Shown: positions 24,329 through 38,019, counted from the stretch's first letter. The stretch is DNA of 64,000 bases from Leucoraja erinacea (GCF_028641065.1 NC_073378.1:23870001-23934000); one strand, 5' to 3'. Notes: generated by a model from the sequence alone, not told the origin. Numbers and translations are program-made.

Positions 24329-24910
24329 GGTCCTTCTGCAGTTGTACAGGGCCCTAGTGAGGCCACAGTATTGTGTGTCATTTTGGTCCCCTAATTTGAG
24401 GAAGAACATTCTTGCTATTGAGGGAGTGCAGTGTAGGTTTATAAGGTTAATTCCCGGGATGGCGGGATGTCATATGCTGAGAGAATGGAGCAGCTGGACT
24501 TGTACTCTGGAGTTGAGGATGAGATCCGATGAGAGGGGATCTCATTGAAACATATAAGATTGTTCAGGGTTTGGACACGCTAGAGGCAGGAAATGTTCCC
24601 GATGTTGGGGGAGTCTAGAACCAGGGGCCACAGTTTAAGAATAAGGAGTAAGCCATTTAGAACGGAGACGAGGAAACTTTTTCGCACAGAGAGTGGTGAG
24701 TCTGTGGAATTCTCAGCCTCAGAGGGCGGTGGAGGCCAGTTCCCTGGATGCTTTCAAGAGAGAGCTAGATAGGGCTCTTAAAAATAGCGGAGTCAGGGGA
24801 TATGGGGAGAAGGCAGGAATGGGGTACTGATTGGGGATGATCAGCCATGATCACATTGAATGGCGGTGTTGGCTCGAAGGGCCAAATGGCCTACTCCTGT
24901 ACCTATTGTC
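24329..24910 (+). mobile_element. CR1 LINE 3' end
   Basis: VLLQLYRALVRP..YCVSFWSPNLRK plus the 3' UTR. Confidence 0.9.
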
Positions 24911-25351
24911 TAAAACCAACTGTTTAATGACAACATACACTGGGAACAAAGTGTCACACTGTCACTGTCAGGCAATAACATTTTTTAAGCTCATGTTTTT
25001 GTTTGTTATTTTTTTTGTTTTTGTTTTTATTTTATTTTTTATTAATATAACAGTAAACTTACAATCTTATTTTCCCAAAAATTCCTCCTTATTCTACAAA
25101 ATGTTTACAAAGCTCGGTTATAGCAAGTTTTTCACAGTGGTAATTTTAACATTTATGCTTTTCTTTTTCAATCACTACGGTATTTAACAATAACATTTTG
25201 TGTCCTTTAGAGAAGGAATTGGGAATTGCGGAATTTTAAACACCCGTCATCATCCTTGGCTTGAATCAAATTATTTAAAATGCTCTTCCATCTTCCTCCA
25301 ATCGTGCGGGTTGGGGATTGGGAGGGGCCTCACCACTGGAATAGCCTAGAG

Positions 25352-25794
25352 CAGTGGTTCCCAACCTTTTTTTGGCCATGCCCCACCTAATCACCTCTAA
25401 AATCCTGATGCCCCCCCATTGCTTTCCCTTGAGAGAAAACGGAGGAAATAGATATTATAAGGGTAACTTAGCAAAAGCTCTTTGAATCGCATTTCTAAAT
25501 CCAATTCAATAAATAAGGTTCTCCCATGACCTCGCGCGCTTCGTGCGACGTGCATGAAGAGCGATGGCGCGGTGATTATGTAATAACAACACAATAAAGA
25601 CCTTTTTTACCCCAAAAAAATTATTTACTCAAAATAACATCTGAAACATAAACTACATATGTTTACCTGATGGAAAATCCAAAAAAATAAAAATTGAAAA
25701 TTTGGACCCAGACCTCCTCAGTCGCGCTCAATTGCCCCCCTTAAAAATCAAATTGCCCCCCTGTGGGGCGTACGCCCCACGTTGGGAACCACTG
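25352..25794. mobile_element. Non-autonomous hAT (Charlie-like) DNA transposon
   Basis: 14-bp TIRs CAGTGGTTCCCAAC / GTTGGGAACCACTG with a perfect 8-bp TSD GCCTAGAG (25344-25351, 25795-25802). Confidence 0.9.
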
Positions 25795-28783
25795 GCCTAG
25801 AGCCTCTCTTCATCTAAATCCAGCACTGCCCATACCCCCTGGCTCCGCTATCTTTAAGAGCTCTATCTAGCTCTCCCTTGAAACCAGAGAACCGGCCTCC
25901 ACTGCCCTGAGGGAGAGAATTCCACAGACTCACAACTTTTGATGTGGAAAAAGTGATGAGGAATGGAGATGAGGAAAAAGTGTTTCCTCATCTCCATTCT
26001 AAATGGCTCACCCCTTATTCTTAAACACTTGTGGACAACACTCCCACCGTGTGGTGATTCACTACACTGCAGGCCCGTCTGATATGTGAACAAAGTACAG
26101 GTGTACTGGGTTGACTTGTACTCTAATCCACAGCAGATTGTCCGAAATAACTGGGTTCACACTAAAAATGCCTCAGGCTCTTCAGCCCAATATTTTACAT
26201 TACATCTGCATCTGTTCCACCTGCTTGTTCCACATTGTGCTTCAATCATTAATAATTATCACTGATCAACATTGTACCATAGATCGACAGAGTACTGGGG
26301 TAACTCAGCGGGTCAGGCAGCATCTGTGGAGAATATGGATAGGTGACGTTTCACAGAGTGCTGGAGTAACTCAGCAGGTCAGGCAGCATCTGTGGAGAAT
26401 ACGGATAGGTAACGTTTCAGAGTGCTGGAGTAACTCAGCGGGACGGGCAGCATCTCTGGAGAGAAGGAATGGGCGACGTTTCAGGTCGAGACCCTCCTTC
26501 AGACTGAGAGTCAGAGGGGAGAGGGAAACTAGAGATGCAGACGGTGATGTCAAGTTTAGTTAGGGTTAGCAGGGAGAGATAGATCAGCCATGATTGAATG
26601 GCGGAGTAGACTTGATGGGCCGAATGACCTAATTCTGCTCCTGTCACTTAAGACCTTTAGTTTAGTTTAGAGATACAGGGTGGAAACAGGCCCTTCGGCT
26701 CACCGAGTCTGTGCCGACCAGCAATCCCTGCACACTAACACTACCCCACACACACCAGGGACAATTTACAATTTTACCAAAGCCAATTAACCTACAAACC
26801 CGCACATTTTTGGAATGTGGGAGGAAACCAGAGCACCCGGAGAAAACCCACGCAGGTCACGGGGAGAACGTGGAAACTGCGTACAGACAGCACCCGTGGT
26901 CAGGATGGAACCCGGGTCTCCGGCGCTGTGAGGCAGCAACTCTACCGCTGCGCCACCGTGCTGCCCTTCATGCATCATTGTCCATGCAGCGTTCTGCAGC
27001 GATGCATTACTCCCTGCAAGAATGCAAGACTCCCTCTGTTACCACACAATCTCTTTATTCAGCAATGACTCGTCACAGTTATATCGCTCCACAGATTAAA
27101 ACATCTTTACCAGCTGGGAACTATTCATAAAAGCATGAGTATCAGTATGAACGCATCGTTCCACACCAACCTCATCTCCAATATCATGTTCAGTTCTGGT
27201 CAACATATGACATGAAGGATGAGGGCAGGGGGGGAGAAGAAGAACACAATACTACAAGTGTGGTCTCATCAACGTCTTATACAACTGCAACATGACCTCC
27301 CAAACCAGTATTGAGTATAGAAGTTGGGTGGTCACCTTGCAGTTGTACAAGACGTCGGTGAGACCGCATTCAGAGTATTGTGTTCAGTTCTGGTAACCGT
27401 GTTACAGGAAGGATGTTGTCGAGCTGGAAATAGCGCAGAGAAGATTTACGACTATTTTTTACCACGGCTAGAGGGTGTAAGGGACAGGGTAGACGCACAG
27501 TCTCTTGCCCGGAGCAGGCGAATCGAGAACCAGAGGACATAGGTTTAAAGTGAGGGGGGAATGATTGAATAGGAACCTGAGGGGCAACCTTTCCACACAG
27601 AGGGTGATGGGTGTAAGGAACGAGCTGCTGGAGGAGGTAGTTGAGGCAGGGACTATCACACTTTGAAAGGTACATGGATAGGACAGGTTTGGTGAGATAT
27701 GGGCCAAACGCGGACAGGTGGGACTAGTGTAGATGGGGCATGTTGGTCGGTGTGAGCAATATGGGCCGAAGGGCCTGTTTCCACACTGTGTGACAATCAA
27801 TGCACCAATTAGTTTAGTTCAGAGATACAGCACGGAAACAGGCCCTTCGGCCCACCGAGTCCATGCCGACCGGCGATCCCCGCACACTAACACTATCCTG
27901 CACACACTACAGACCATTTACAATTTATACCAAAGCCAATTAACCTACAAACTTGCACGTCTTTGGAGTGTGGGAGGAAACCGGAGCATCCAGAGAAAAC
28001 CCACGCAGGTCACGTGGAGAACGTACAAACTGTACAGACAGCAACCGTGGTCAGGAGGTGGCTGTGCCACCGCTAAGCTCCTGCCTGTTTCTGCAGCTGC
28101 ATGTTTGTGTAGGTGCCAGTCAATGCGAGATTGCTGCACGCATTTCCTGCTTGGTTTCCCGCTGTCCTTCAACCATTGATGGCCTCCTGCAGATCGCAGG
28201 CAGTCGTGCATGCATCCAGTTGCCTCTCATCGCATTATTCCACCATTGTTGCGACTTTACTGCTGTGTCCATGCGAGTAAAACTGCGACATCTGTCCCAT
28301 GCCACAATAAACTCCAGCTGCACGCAAACTATAAACTTGCAACTGTGCAGCGTAGAAACAGGCCATTGTACAAGCTCACCAATGCCTCTACTTCCCGAGA
28401 CCATGGAAGTTCAACATGTCCCCTACAACTCCCACCAACTTCTACCGATGGAAATCAGTTTATCGGGATACATCCCAGCACGGTTTGGGAACAGCTCCGT
28501 CCAAGACCCGCAAGAAATCACAGAGAGTTGTGGACACAGCCCAGACCGTTGCGCACACAAACCAACCTCCCTTCCACTGACTCCATCTACACCTCACGCT
28601 GCCTCGGCAAGACCAGCAGCATCATCAAGGACCAGTCTCACCCCCAGTCACTCCCTCTTCTCCCTCTCCCATCGGGCAAGAGGTACAGAAATGTGCAAAC
28701 GCACACCTCCACATTCAGGGACAGTTTCTTCCCGGCCACTATCAGAGATGGGGAGAGGGGTGTAGGGGAGGGAGGGGAGGGGG

Positions 28784-29402
28784 TCACAGGGCTGTAAGGT
28801 CGTCCCCTCCCACATCGCTCCATCGGACCGTCCCAGAGAGGGGGAGGTCACCTCTCACGCAACTGACACTCGAGGGAGAGACGGAGACTCCATCCTCTCC
28901 CATCGCCAGCCCCTCCCTCGCCCTCTGGTCCAGCCCCCCCAGACTCGAGTAATCGCTGAGCAAGTCTCCCCTTCCCTCTTCTCCCTCCTCATCTCCCTCT
29001 CCCTCCTCTTCATCTCCCTCATCTCCATCTCCCTCCTCTTCCTCCTCCCCCTCCTCTTCCTCCCACTCTCCATCCCTCAGCCTGGTCCCTCCGTCCCCCC
29101 TCCCCCTCAGGAACCCCCTCGCTCCGCGCCCACCACCCCTCCACTCCCCCTCCGAGGGTCTTGAGTTTAGTCCAAGCTCCGATCAAGATGGCCACCAAGG
29201 TCAGGAAGACCAAGAGGAGCAGCAGTGGGGTCATGATGCGGTCGCCGACCCCTGACCTTGCAACGGCCTGGGGTCGTCCTCCATCTTTGTCCGGGGTCGC
29301 TACCCCCCCGTGGCCGGGGTCAGAGGGCGGGGCCTGGATTAGGCCGAAGCCTGAGGTCAGAACGAGGAAGATGAGCGGCCACGAGACTCGGACAAACGAC
29401 AT
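28784..29402 (-). CDS. PTPRCAP: PTPRCAP / CD45-associated protein (LPAP)-like, copy A; one frameshift in a G-rich tract near 29140-29155
   Basis: Signal peptide MSFVRVSWPLIFLVLTSGFG, short ectodomain, TM LLLLLVFLTLVAILIGAWTKL (cf. human VLLLLLLLLLATGLALAWRRL), acidic tail WEEEEGEEEEEGDGDE, GDLLSDY (cf. ALLSDL) and C-terminus SGTVRWSDVGGDDLTAL* (cf. GSAAW..LHVTAL). Acceptor ccccacag at 29413; short upstream exon with GTGAGT donor at 29761. Confidence 0.72.
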
Positions 29403-29761
29403 CGTCCGCAACCTGTGGGGAGAGCAGGGTCAGTGGAGGGTCAACACGGGGTCAATAAGGGTCATCAGGGGTCTACAGGGGTGAACAAGGGTCAATGGTG
29501 GTAAACAGCGGTCATTGAGGTTCAATGGCGATGAATGGTGACTGCAGGGAGGCGATGGAGGGAAGAGGGGGAGGGAGAGAAGCAAGAGAGAGCGAGAGAG
29601 AGAGAGGGAGGGAGAGAGGGAGGAGGGAGGGAGGGGGGGAGGGAGAGAGATATGAAGGAGGGAGGGAGAAAGGGAGCAAGGGAGGGGGGAGAGAGGAGGG
29701 AGTGAGGGAGGGTGAAAAGGAAGGGGGGAGAGAGGAGGGAGGGAGTTATTCCCACACTCAC

Positions 29762-29915
29762 CCTCGTTCTCTCCGTTTCTCTCTGTCTCGTAGCCGGGTG
29801 CAGATGGAGATGTATCGAGACGTCCGGGGACAGAGTGTAACCCCACCCCTCACACTTCCTGTCCCTCCCCCTTCCTCTCTCTCTCCCCCTCTCTCCATGT
29901 ACCACAAACCACTCA
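29762..29915 (-). promoter_or_regulatory. First (non-coding) exon and ETS/RUNX-containing promoter of PTPRCAP-like copy A
   Basis: Donor GAGG|GTGAGT; ACAGGAAGTG (ETS) at about 29853-29862 and TGTGGT (RUNX) at about 29900; the same motifs are retained in copy B at about 56800-56850. Confidence 0.55.
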
Positions 29916-29951
29916 AGACGTGCAAAAGTGAACGACAATGCAGGGGGGGAG

Positions 29952-29954
<3 letters not shown>

Positions 29955-29991
<37 letters not shown>

Positions 29992-30330
29992 GGACATGCA
30001 CCCCACACCCCACATACACACCCCACACCCTACCCACACACCCACCACACACAAACCCCACACGCACCTCACACACGCATCACACGCACACACGCCACAC
30101 ACGCACCACATTCACACGCACCCCACGACACACACACCCCACACACACACGCACCCCACACTACACACACATACCTCACACACACGCACCCCACACTACA
30201 CACACATACCTACCTCACACTACACACATACCTCACACACATGCACCCCACACTACACACACATACCTCACACACACGCACCCCACTACACACACGCACC
30301 CCACTACACACACGCACACCACACCACATG
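29955..30330. repeat. (TG)n plus degenerate CA-rich low-complexity repeat
   Basis: Visible directly; continues at 35146-35575 after the CR1 insertion, with a paralog at 56900-57985. Confidence 0.95.
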
Positions 30331-30332
30331 TA

Positions 30333-33300
30333 ACATAGAAAATAGGTGCAGGGAGACCCATTCGGCCCTTCGAGCCAGCACCGCCATTCATTGTGATCAT
30401 GGCTGATTGTCCCCAATCAATAACCCGTTCCTGCCTTCTCCCCATATCCCTTGATTCCACTAGCCCCTTGAGCTCTATCTAACTCTCTTAAACCCATCCA
30501 GTGATTTGGCCTCCACTGCCCTCTGTGGCAGGAAATTCCACCAATTCACAACTCTCTGGGTGAAAAAAATTCTCACCTCATTCTTAAATGGCCTCCCCTT
30601 TATTCTAAGACTGTGGCCCCTGGTTTTAGACTCGCCCAACATTGGGAACATTTTTCCTGCATCTAGCTTGTCCAGTCCTTTTATAATTTTATATGTTTCT
30701 ATAAGATCCCCCTCATACTTCTAAACTCCAGTGAATACAAGCCTAGTCTTTTCAATCTTTCCTCATATGACAGTCCCGCCATCCCAGGGATCAATCTTGT
30801 GAAAATACGCCGCACTGCCTCAATCACAAGGATGTCCTTCCTCAAATTAGGAGACCAAAAACTGTATGCAATACTCCAGATGTGGTCTTACCAGAGCCCT
30901 ATACAACTGCAGAAGAACCTCTCTACTCCTATACTGAAATCCTTTTGTTATGAAGGCCAACATTCCATTAGCTTTCTTCACTGCCTGCTGTACCTGCACG
31001 CCAACTTTCAGTGACCGGTGTACAAGGACGCCCAGGTCTCGCTGTACCTCCCCCTTACCTAACCTAACCCCATTGTGATAGTAATCTGCCCCCTTGTTTT
31101 TGCCAAAGTGGCCAACCTCACATTTATCTATATTATACTGCATCTGCACGCATCTGCCCACTCACTCAACCTGTCCAGGTCACCCTGCAATCTCCTAACA
31201 TCCTCTTCACAATTCACACTGCCACCCAGCTTTCTGTCATCCGCAAACCTGCTAATGTTGCTCCTAATTCCCTCTTCCAAATCATTAATATATATGGTAA
31301 ACAGTTGCGGCCCCAACACCGAGCCTTGTGGCACTCCACTCGCCACTGCCTGCCATTCTGAAAAGGACCCGTTCACTCCCACTCTTTGCTTCCTGTCTGC
31401 CAGCCAATTTTCTATCCATGTCAACACCCTACCCCCAATATCATGTGCTCTAATTTTAGTCACCAGTCTCCCGTGTGGGACCTTATCAAAGGTTTTCTGA
31501 AAGTCTAGATACACTACATCCACTGGCTCCCCTTCACCCATTTTACTTGTCACATCCTCAAAAAATTCCAGAAGATTAGTCAAGCATGATTTCCCTTTCA
31601 TAAAACCATGTTGACTTGGACTAATCATTTTACTGCTCTCCAAATGCCCCATTATTACCTCTTTAATAATTGACTCCAGCATCTTTCCCACCACCGAAGT
31701 CAGGCTAACTGGACTGTAATTCCCCGTTTTCTCTCTCGCTCCTTTCTCCAGGAGCAGGGAGGTTCTACTGCAGTTGTACAGGGTCTTGGTGAGATCACAC
31801 CTGGAGTATTGCATACAGTTTTGGTCTCCTAATCTTCTTGCCATAGAGGGAGTACAGAGAAGGTTCACCAGTGATTCCTGGGATGTCAGGACTTTCATAT
31901 GTAGACTGGATAGACTCGGCTTGTACTCGCTAGAATCTAGAAGATTGAGGGGGGATCTTATAGAAACTTACAAAATTATTAAGGGGTTGGACAGGCTTGA
32001 TGCAGGAAGATTGTTCCCGATGTTGGGGAAGTCCAGAACAAGGGGTCACAGTTTAAGGATAAGGGGGAAATCTTTTAGGACCAAGATGAGAAAATCATTT
32101 TTCACACAGAGAGTGGTGAATCTCTGGAATTCTCTGCCACAGAAAGTAATTGAGGCCAGTTCATTGTCTATATTTAAGAGGGAGTTAGATGAGGCCCTTG
32201 TGGCTAAAGGTATCGGGGGTATGGAGAGAAGGCGGTACAGGATACTGAGTTGGATGATTAGCCATGATCATATTGAATGGCGGTGCAGGCTCGAAGGGCC
32301 GAATGGCCTACTCCTGCACCTATTTTCTGTTTCTGTTTCTTGAAAAGTGGTTAGCTATCCTCCAATCCACAGAAACTGATCTTGAATCTATTGAACATTG
32401 GAAAATGATCACCAATGCGTCCACTATTTCTAGAGCCACCTCCCTGAGGATCCTAGGATGCAGACCATCACGCCCAGGGGATTTATCATCCCTCAGTCCC
32501 ATTAGCCTACCCAATACTATTTCACGCCTAATTAAAATGTATTTCAGTTCCTCAACCCCCTTAGATCCTTTGTCCTCCAGTACATCTGTAAGATTGTTTG
32601 TGTCTTCCTTAGTGAAGACAGATCCGAAGTACCTGTTCAACTCTTCTGCCATTTCCTTGTTCCCCATAATAATTTCACCCATGTCTGCCTTCAAGGGACC
32701 CACATATGACTTTGCTATTCTTTTTCCTTTAACATATCTAAAGAAGCTTTTACTGTCCTTCTTTATATTCCTGGCCAGCTTCCCCTCGTACTTCATCTTT
32801 TCAGCCCGTATTGCCCGTTTTGTTTCCTTCTGTTGACCCATGAAATTTCCCAATCCTCTGGCTTCCAGCTACTCTTTGCTATGTTATACATCTTTTCTTT
32901 TAGTTTTATTCTATCCCTAACTTCTCGTCAGCCACGGTTGCCTGCTACTCCCCTTAGAATCTTTCTTCCTTTTTGGAATGAAATGATCCTGCATATTCCG
33001 GATTATGCCCAGAAATTCCTGCCATTGCTGTTCCACCGTCATTCCTGCTAGAATCCCTTTCCAGTCTACCTTGGCCAGCTCCCCTCTCATGCCTTCATAG
33101 TCCCCTTTGTTAAGCTGCATCACTGCCACTGCCGATTTAACCTTCTCCTTCTCAAATTGCAGATTAAAACTAATCATATTATGATCACTACCTCCAAGCG
33201 GTTCCTTTACCTCGAGATCTCTTATCAAATTTGGTTCATTGGACAACACTAAATCCAGAATTGCCTTTTCTCTGGCCGGCTACAATACAAGCTGCTCTAA

Positions 33301-35130
33301 GAATCCATCTCGGAGGCACTCTACAAATTCTCTTTCTTGGGGTCCTGAACCAACCTGATTTTCCCAATCTACCTGCATATTGAAATCCCCCATCACCACA
33401 GTGGAATTACCTTTGTTACATGCCAGTTTTAACTCCTGCTGCAACTTACACCCTATATCAGGGCTACTATTTGGGGGTCTGTAGATAACACCAATTAGTG
33501 TCTTCTTCCCTTTGCAATTCCTCATCTCAATCCAGTGACTCTGCCTCGTCAGTCCCTATGTCCTCGCAAGGGACTGAATTCCATCCCTCACCAGAAGAGC
33601 TACCCCCCCCCCCCCCCCCTCCCCCCCACTCCTCTGTCCACCTGCCTGTCCTTTCTATAGGATGTATAACCCTGAATATTAAGTTCCCGGACCCGATCCT
33701 CCTGCAGCCACGTCTCAGTAATCCCCACAATGTCATATCTACAAGCCTCTATCTGAGTCTTAAGCTCATCTACTTTACTTCTTATACTCGCGCATTCAAG
33801 TACAGTACTTTTAATTCCTTACGCATCTCACCATTCACATCGATCCCTATTACACTTGGTCATACTCTCCTGTCCCTTTGTGAGCTTTCTTTCCCATTAA
33901 TTCTGGGGTCATTAACTATCCCTTTACTCTCTTTCCCTTTAACTCCGTCTTTGGCTATCCTGTACTGTACACTGACAATGACAATTAAAATTGAATCTGA
34001 ATCTGAAATTGAATCTGAATCTGAATCTTTAGTTTAAAGCCACCTGTCTCACAGTGGCAAACCTGCCTGCCAGAATGCTGGTCCCCCACCTGTTAAGGTG
34101 CAATCCGTCCCTTTTGTACAGTTCCCCCTTACTCCAAAACAGATCTAAGTGGTCTAAGAATCTAAATCCCTGCCCCCTGCACCAGTTCCCCAGCCACACA
34201 TTCAGGTCCTGTATCTCCCTGTTCCTGCTCTCACCAGCACGAGGAACTGGAAGTAGACCGGAGATAACCACCCTGGAGGTCCTGCTTTTCAGCATTTTTC
34301 CGAGCTCTCTAAAAGTCACGCTTCAGAATATTCATCCCCTTTCTGACATCATTTGTGCCAACATGCACTACAACGGCTGTTCACCTTCGCCCTCTGCACT
34401 CTGACCGTGACATCCTGGATCCTGGTACCCGGGAGGCAGCACACCATCCTCGAATCCCGTCTGTTGCCGCAAAAACCCCTGTCCGTACCTCTCACAATGG
34501 AGTCTCCAACCACCACTGGTTGCCTGACGTCTTCTGTCTCCCGACAGCTTCTAAGTGGGTGAACCGGTTCACAAGAGCTACAACACCCGGGGACCTGTGC
34601 ATTCCATGTTTACTTCCATTACTCACCGTCATCCACCTTCTCTCTTCCAGTACCCTAGGTGTAACAATCTTGCTGTTGGACTCGTCGAGTAACGACTCAG
34701 TTTCTCAGACGAACCAGTTCCCCAACACGGTGCTTCAGGAGCTGTACCTGGATGCACTTCTCACTTGTCGCAGCCAGAGGCACCAGCAGTGTCCTTGACC
34801 TCCCACATACTGCAAGCATCGCACTGAATCAGCTTACATCTTCTTTCGTCTCTCCCTCTCCAACATTTTGCGTAGTCTCCTCGCCAAAGACTCTCATGCC
34901 AGACTCACAAGGCCGCTCCCTCACTGCCGCTTCCTAAGAGCCGCCTTACTTATATTGACTGATAAATTGCCTAATTTACCAATTTACAAACCAAATTCCT
35001 CAGTTTTAAACAGTTTTCCCCCTCTGACTCACTTCTAACTCTCGTCCCACTCGGGCTAGAGCCAATCAGTGCTTTTTCCTGCTTCTCTTTGCTGCTGTTC
35101 TTCAAAATCCACGGGGGCTCTGAGAAGCTC
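30333..35130 (-). mobile_element. Near full-length degraded CR1 LINE (ORF1 SGNH esterase plus ORF2 EN/RT), specific to copy A
   Basis: ORF1 VVISGLLPVP..LYKRDGLHLNRWGTSILAG (34029-34319), EN IYRPPN/MGDFN, RT GVPQGSVLGP/FADD, 3' UTR at 30333; absent from the CA tract of copy B. Confidence 0.92.
31749..32338 (+). mobile_element. CR1 3' fragment nested, in opposite orientation, inside the full-length CR1
   Basis: YRVLVRSHLEYCIQFWSP...3' UTR interrupts the host element at cctttct|..|tttcttgaaaagtgg. Confidence 0.85.
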
Positions 35131-35742
35131 TCAAAATCCACAGAGACCCCACACACACCGCATACACACTCCATATACACACCCCACACATGCAAACACA
35201 CCACACACACGCACACACCCCACAAACACGCACTCACACACCCCACACACACGCACCACACACACACACACCACACACACACACACATACTCATAGACAC
35301 CTCACACACGCAGACACACACACCCCACACACACACACTCACACACACCCCGCACACACCCCACTACACATACACGCACCACATGCGCACACACACGCAG
35401 TCCACACGACACACACACGCCCCCACACACACACACAACGCAGGCACCCCACACACACGCAGGCACCCCACACACACGCACATACAACCCCACACACACA
35501 CTTAGACACCACACACACACACCACACCCCCCCCCCACACCCCCACACACACACACCCACATACACACACACACAGAGGGACACTGTACAAAGAGGTGGT
35601 GAGAAGGACGGCTCCAGGAGTTTTCCCGGAGACTCGGACTGAAGATGGACGGGTGATGAGAGGAACGATGTTTCACTTCAGATTAAAACCCCGTGACTAG
35701 TGTGTACGGACCCAGTGGTCCATTTCTCCATCTCACCAGCTT

Positions 35743-36375
35743 CTACACAAGCTCACCAACGCCTCTACTTCTGTAGAAGGTTTAGGAAGTTCAACATGTC
35801 CCCAATGACTCTCTGCACCTTCTACAGATGCGCCGTGGAAATCATTTTATCGGGATGCATCCCAACACGGTTTGGGAAGAGCTCCGTCCAAGACCCACGA
35901 GAAATCGGAGAGTGGTGAACGCAGCCCAGACCATCACGCACACAAACCAACCTCCCTTCCATTGACTCCATCTACACCTCACGCTGCCTCGGCAAGGCCA
36001 GCAGCACAATCAATGACCAGTCTCACCCAGTCACTCCATCTTCTCCCCTCTCCCATCGGGCAAGAGGTACAGAAGTGTGAAAACGCACACCTCCACATTC
36101 AGGGACAATTTCTTTCCTGCTGTTATTAGGCAACTGAACCGTCCTCTCACCATCTAGAGAGCGGTCCTGACCTCCCATCTACCCCATTGGAGACCCTTGC
36201 ACTATCTTTAATCGGACTTTACCTTGTACGAAACGTTATTCCATTTATCCTGTATCTGTACACTGTGGACGGCTCGATTGTAATCATGTACAGTCTTTCC
36301 GCTGACTGGATAGCACGCAATAAAAAAGTTTTTCACTGTACCTCGGTACACGGGACAATAAACTAAACTAAACTT
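35743..36375 (+). mobile_element. Rex1/Babar-derived 3' fragment (paralog at 58128-58757)
   Basis: AHQRLYFCRRFRKFNMSP..FYRCAVE..LSGCIP; (taaac)n tail. Confidence 0.8.
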
Positions 36376-36394
36376 TCCCTCTCTCTCAAAGCAA

Positions 36395-37020
36395 GCTCAA
36401 TGCTAGCATTTATATCAAGACGGCTTGTATACAAACGCAGGGATGTAATACTGAGGCTCTATAAGGCGCTGGTCAGGCCGCATTTGGAAAATTGTGAGCA
36501 GTTTTGGGACCCGTATCTGAGGAAGGATGTGCCGGCTCTGGAGAGGGTCCAGAGGATGTTTACAAGAATGAGTGGGTTAACATCTGATGAGCGTTTGTTG
36601 GCGCTGGGCCTGTACTCGCTGGAGTTTAGAAGGATGAGGGGGACCTCATTGAAACTTCCCAAATAATGAAAGGCTTGGATAGAGTGGATGTGGAGAGGAT
36701 GTTTCCATCAGCGGGAGAGTCTAGGACCAGAGGGCATAGCCTCAGAATTAAAGGGCGTTCCTTTAGGAAGGAGATGAGGAGGAATTTCTATAGCCAGAGG
36801 GTGGTGAATCTGTGGGATTCATTGCCAGACGACGGTGGAGGCCAAGCCAGTGGATATATTTAAGGCAGAGATAGATTGTTGATCAGTACAGGTGTGAGGG
36901 GTTTTGGGGGAAGAAGGCAGGAGAATGGGGTTAGGAGGGAGAGATAGATCAGCCATGATTGAATGGTGGTGTAGACTCGATGGGCCGAATGGCCTAATTC
37001 TGCTCCATTCACTGATGACC
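36395..37020 (+). mobile_element. CR1 3' fragment containing the empty Tc1 target site (TA at 36411-36412)
   Basis: MLAFISRRLVYKRRDVILRLYKALVRPHLE; flanks match both sides of the Tc1 in copy B. Confidence 0.85.
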
Positions 37021-38019
37021 TTCTGGAGAGTCAGAAAGTCACCATGCAGCTTTAGAGGATTTTAGTCAGGCAACATTTGGGTATTGGGGTCAGATCTGGT
37101 CACCCCCATTACAGGATGTGGAGGCTTTGGAGGTGGTGCAGAGTAGCCTCGATGGGCCGAATGGCCTAGTTCTGCTCCTGTGTTTAGTGAAGCTCTACAT
37201 TCTACAACAAGGTGTTAAACCGCCACAGAGACAGAGAGCGCTGTGCGGTCAGAGTGAGAAATAACTTGTTCTGTATGAGTGTGTATGAGAGAGGGGGAGA
37301 GGGACGGGGAGGGGAAAGAGAGGGGGGGGGGGGAGAGGAGAGGAAGAGGGAGAGGGAGGGTAGAGGGAGGGGGGAGACAGTGAGAAAGGGAGAGAGGGGG
37401 AAGAGGGGCGAACAGAGAGAGAGAGAGAGAGAGAGAGGGAGCGAGAGAGAGAGAGAGAGAGGGAGGGAGAGAGAGAGGGAGCGAGAGGGAGGGATAGGGC
37501 AGAGAGAGGGAGGGAGAGGGGGAGAGATGGAGTGGAGAGAGAGAGGGAGAGAGAGGCAGAGAGGTTGAGAGAGATACACAGAGAAACTCGATGGGAACGA
37601 GTGTGTGTGAGCAGGGACAGGATGTGGTCAGTACAGGTTAGAGGGGGAGAGAGATTTTGTGTGAAGCTTTNNNNNNNNNNNNNNNNNNNNNNNNNNNNNN
37701 NNNNNNNNNNNNNNNNNNNNNNNNNNNNNNNNNNNNNNNNNNNNNNNNNNNNNNNNNNNNNNNNNNNNNNNNNNNNNNNNNNNNNNNNNNNNNNNNNNNN
37801 NNNNNNNNNNNNNNNNNNNNNNNNNNNNNNNNNNNNNNNNNNNNNNNNNNNNNNNNNNNNNNNNNNNNNNNNNNGTGTGGAGTTTCTTTCAAGTCAAGTC
37901 AAGTCAGTCACTCAAGTTTCCGACTGTTATCAGACAACTGAACCATCCTCTCACCAACTAGAGCGGTTCTGACCTCCCATTTACGAAACTGAACGGAACT
38001 GAATGAGACAGCCACCCAG

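Noticed and set aside
27953-28765. 270-aa ORF conserved in the duplicate (54661-55320)
   Set aside because: Chimeric read-through of SINE, unique and Rex1-derived sequence; similarity reflects the recent duplication only
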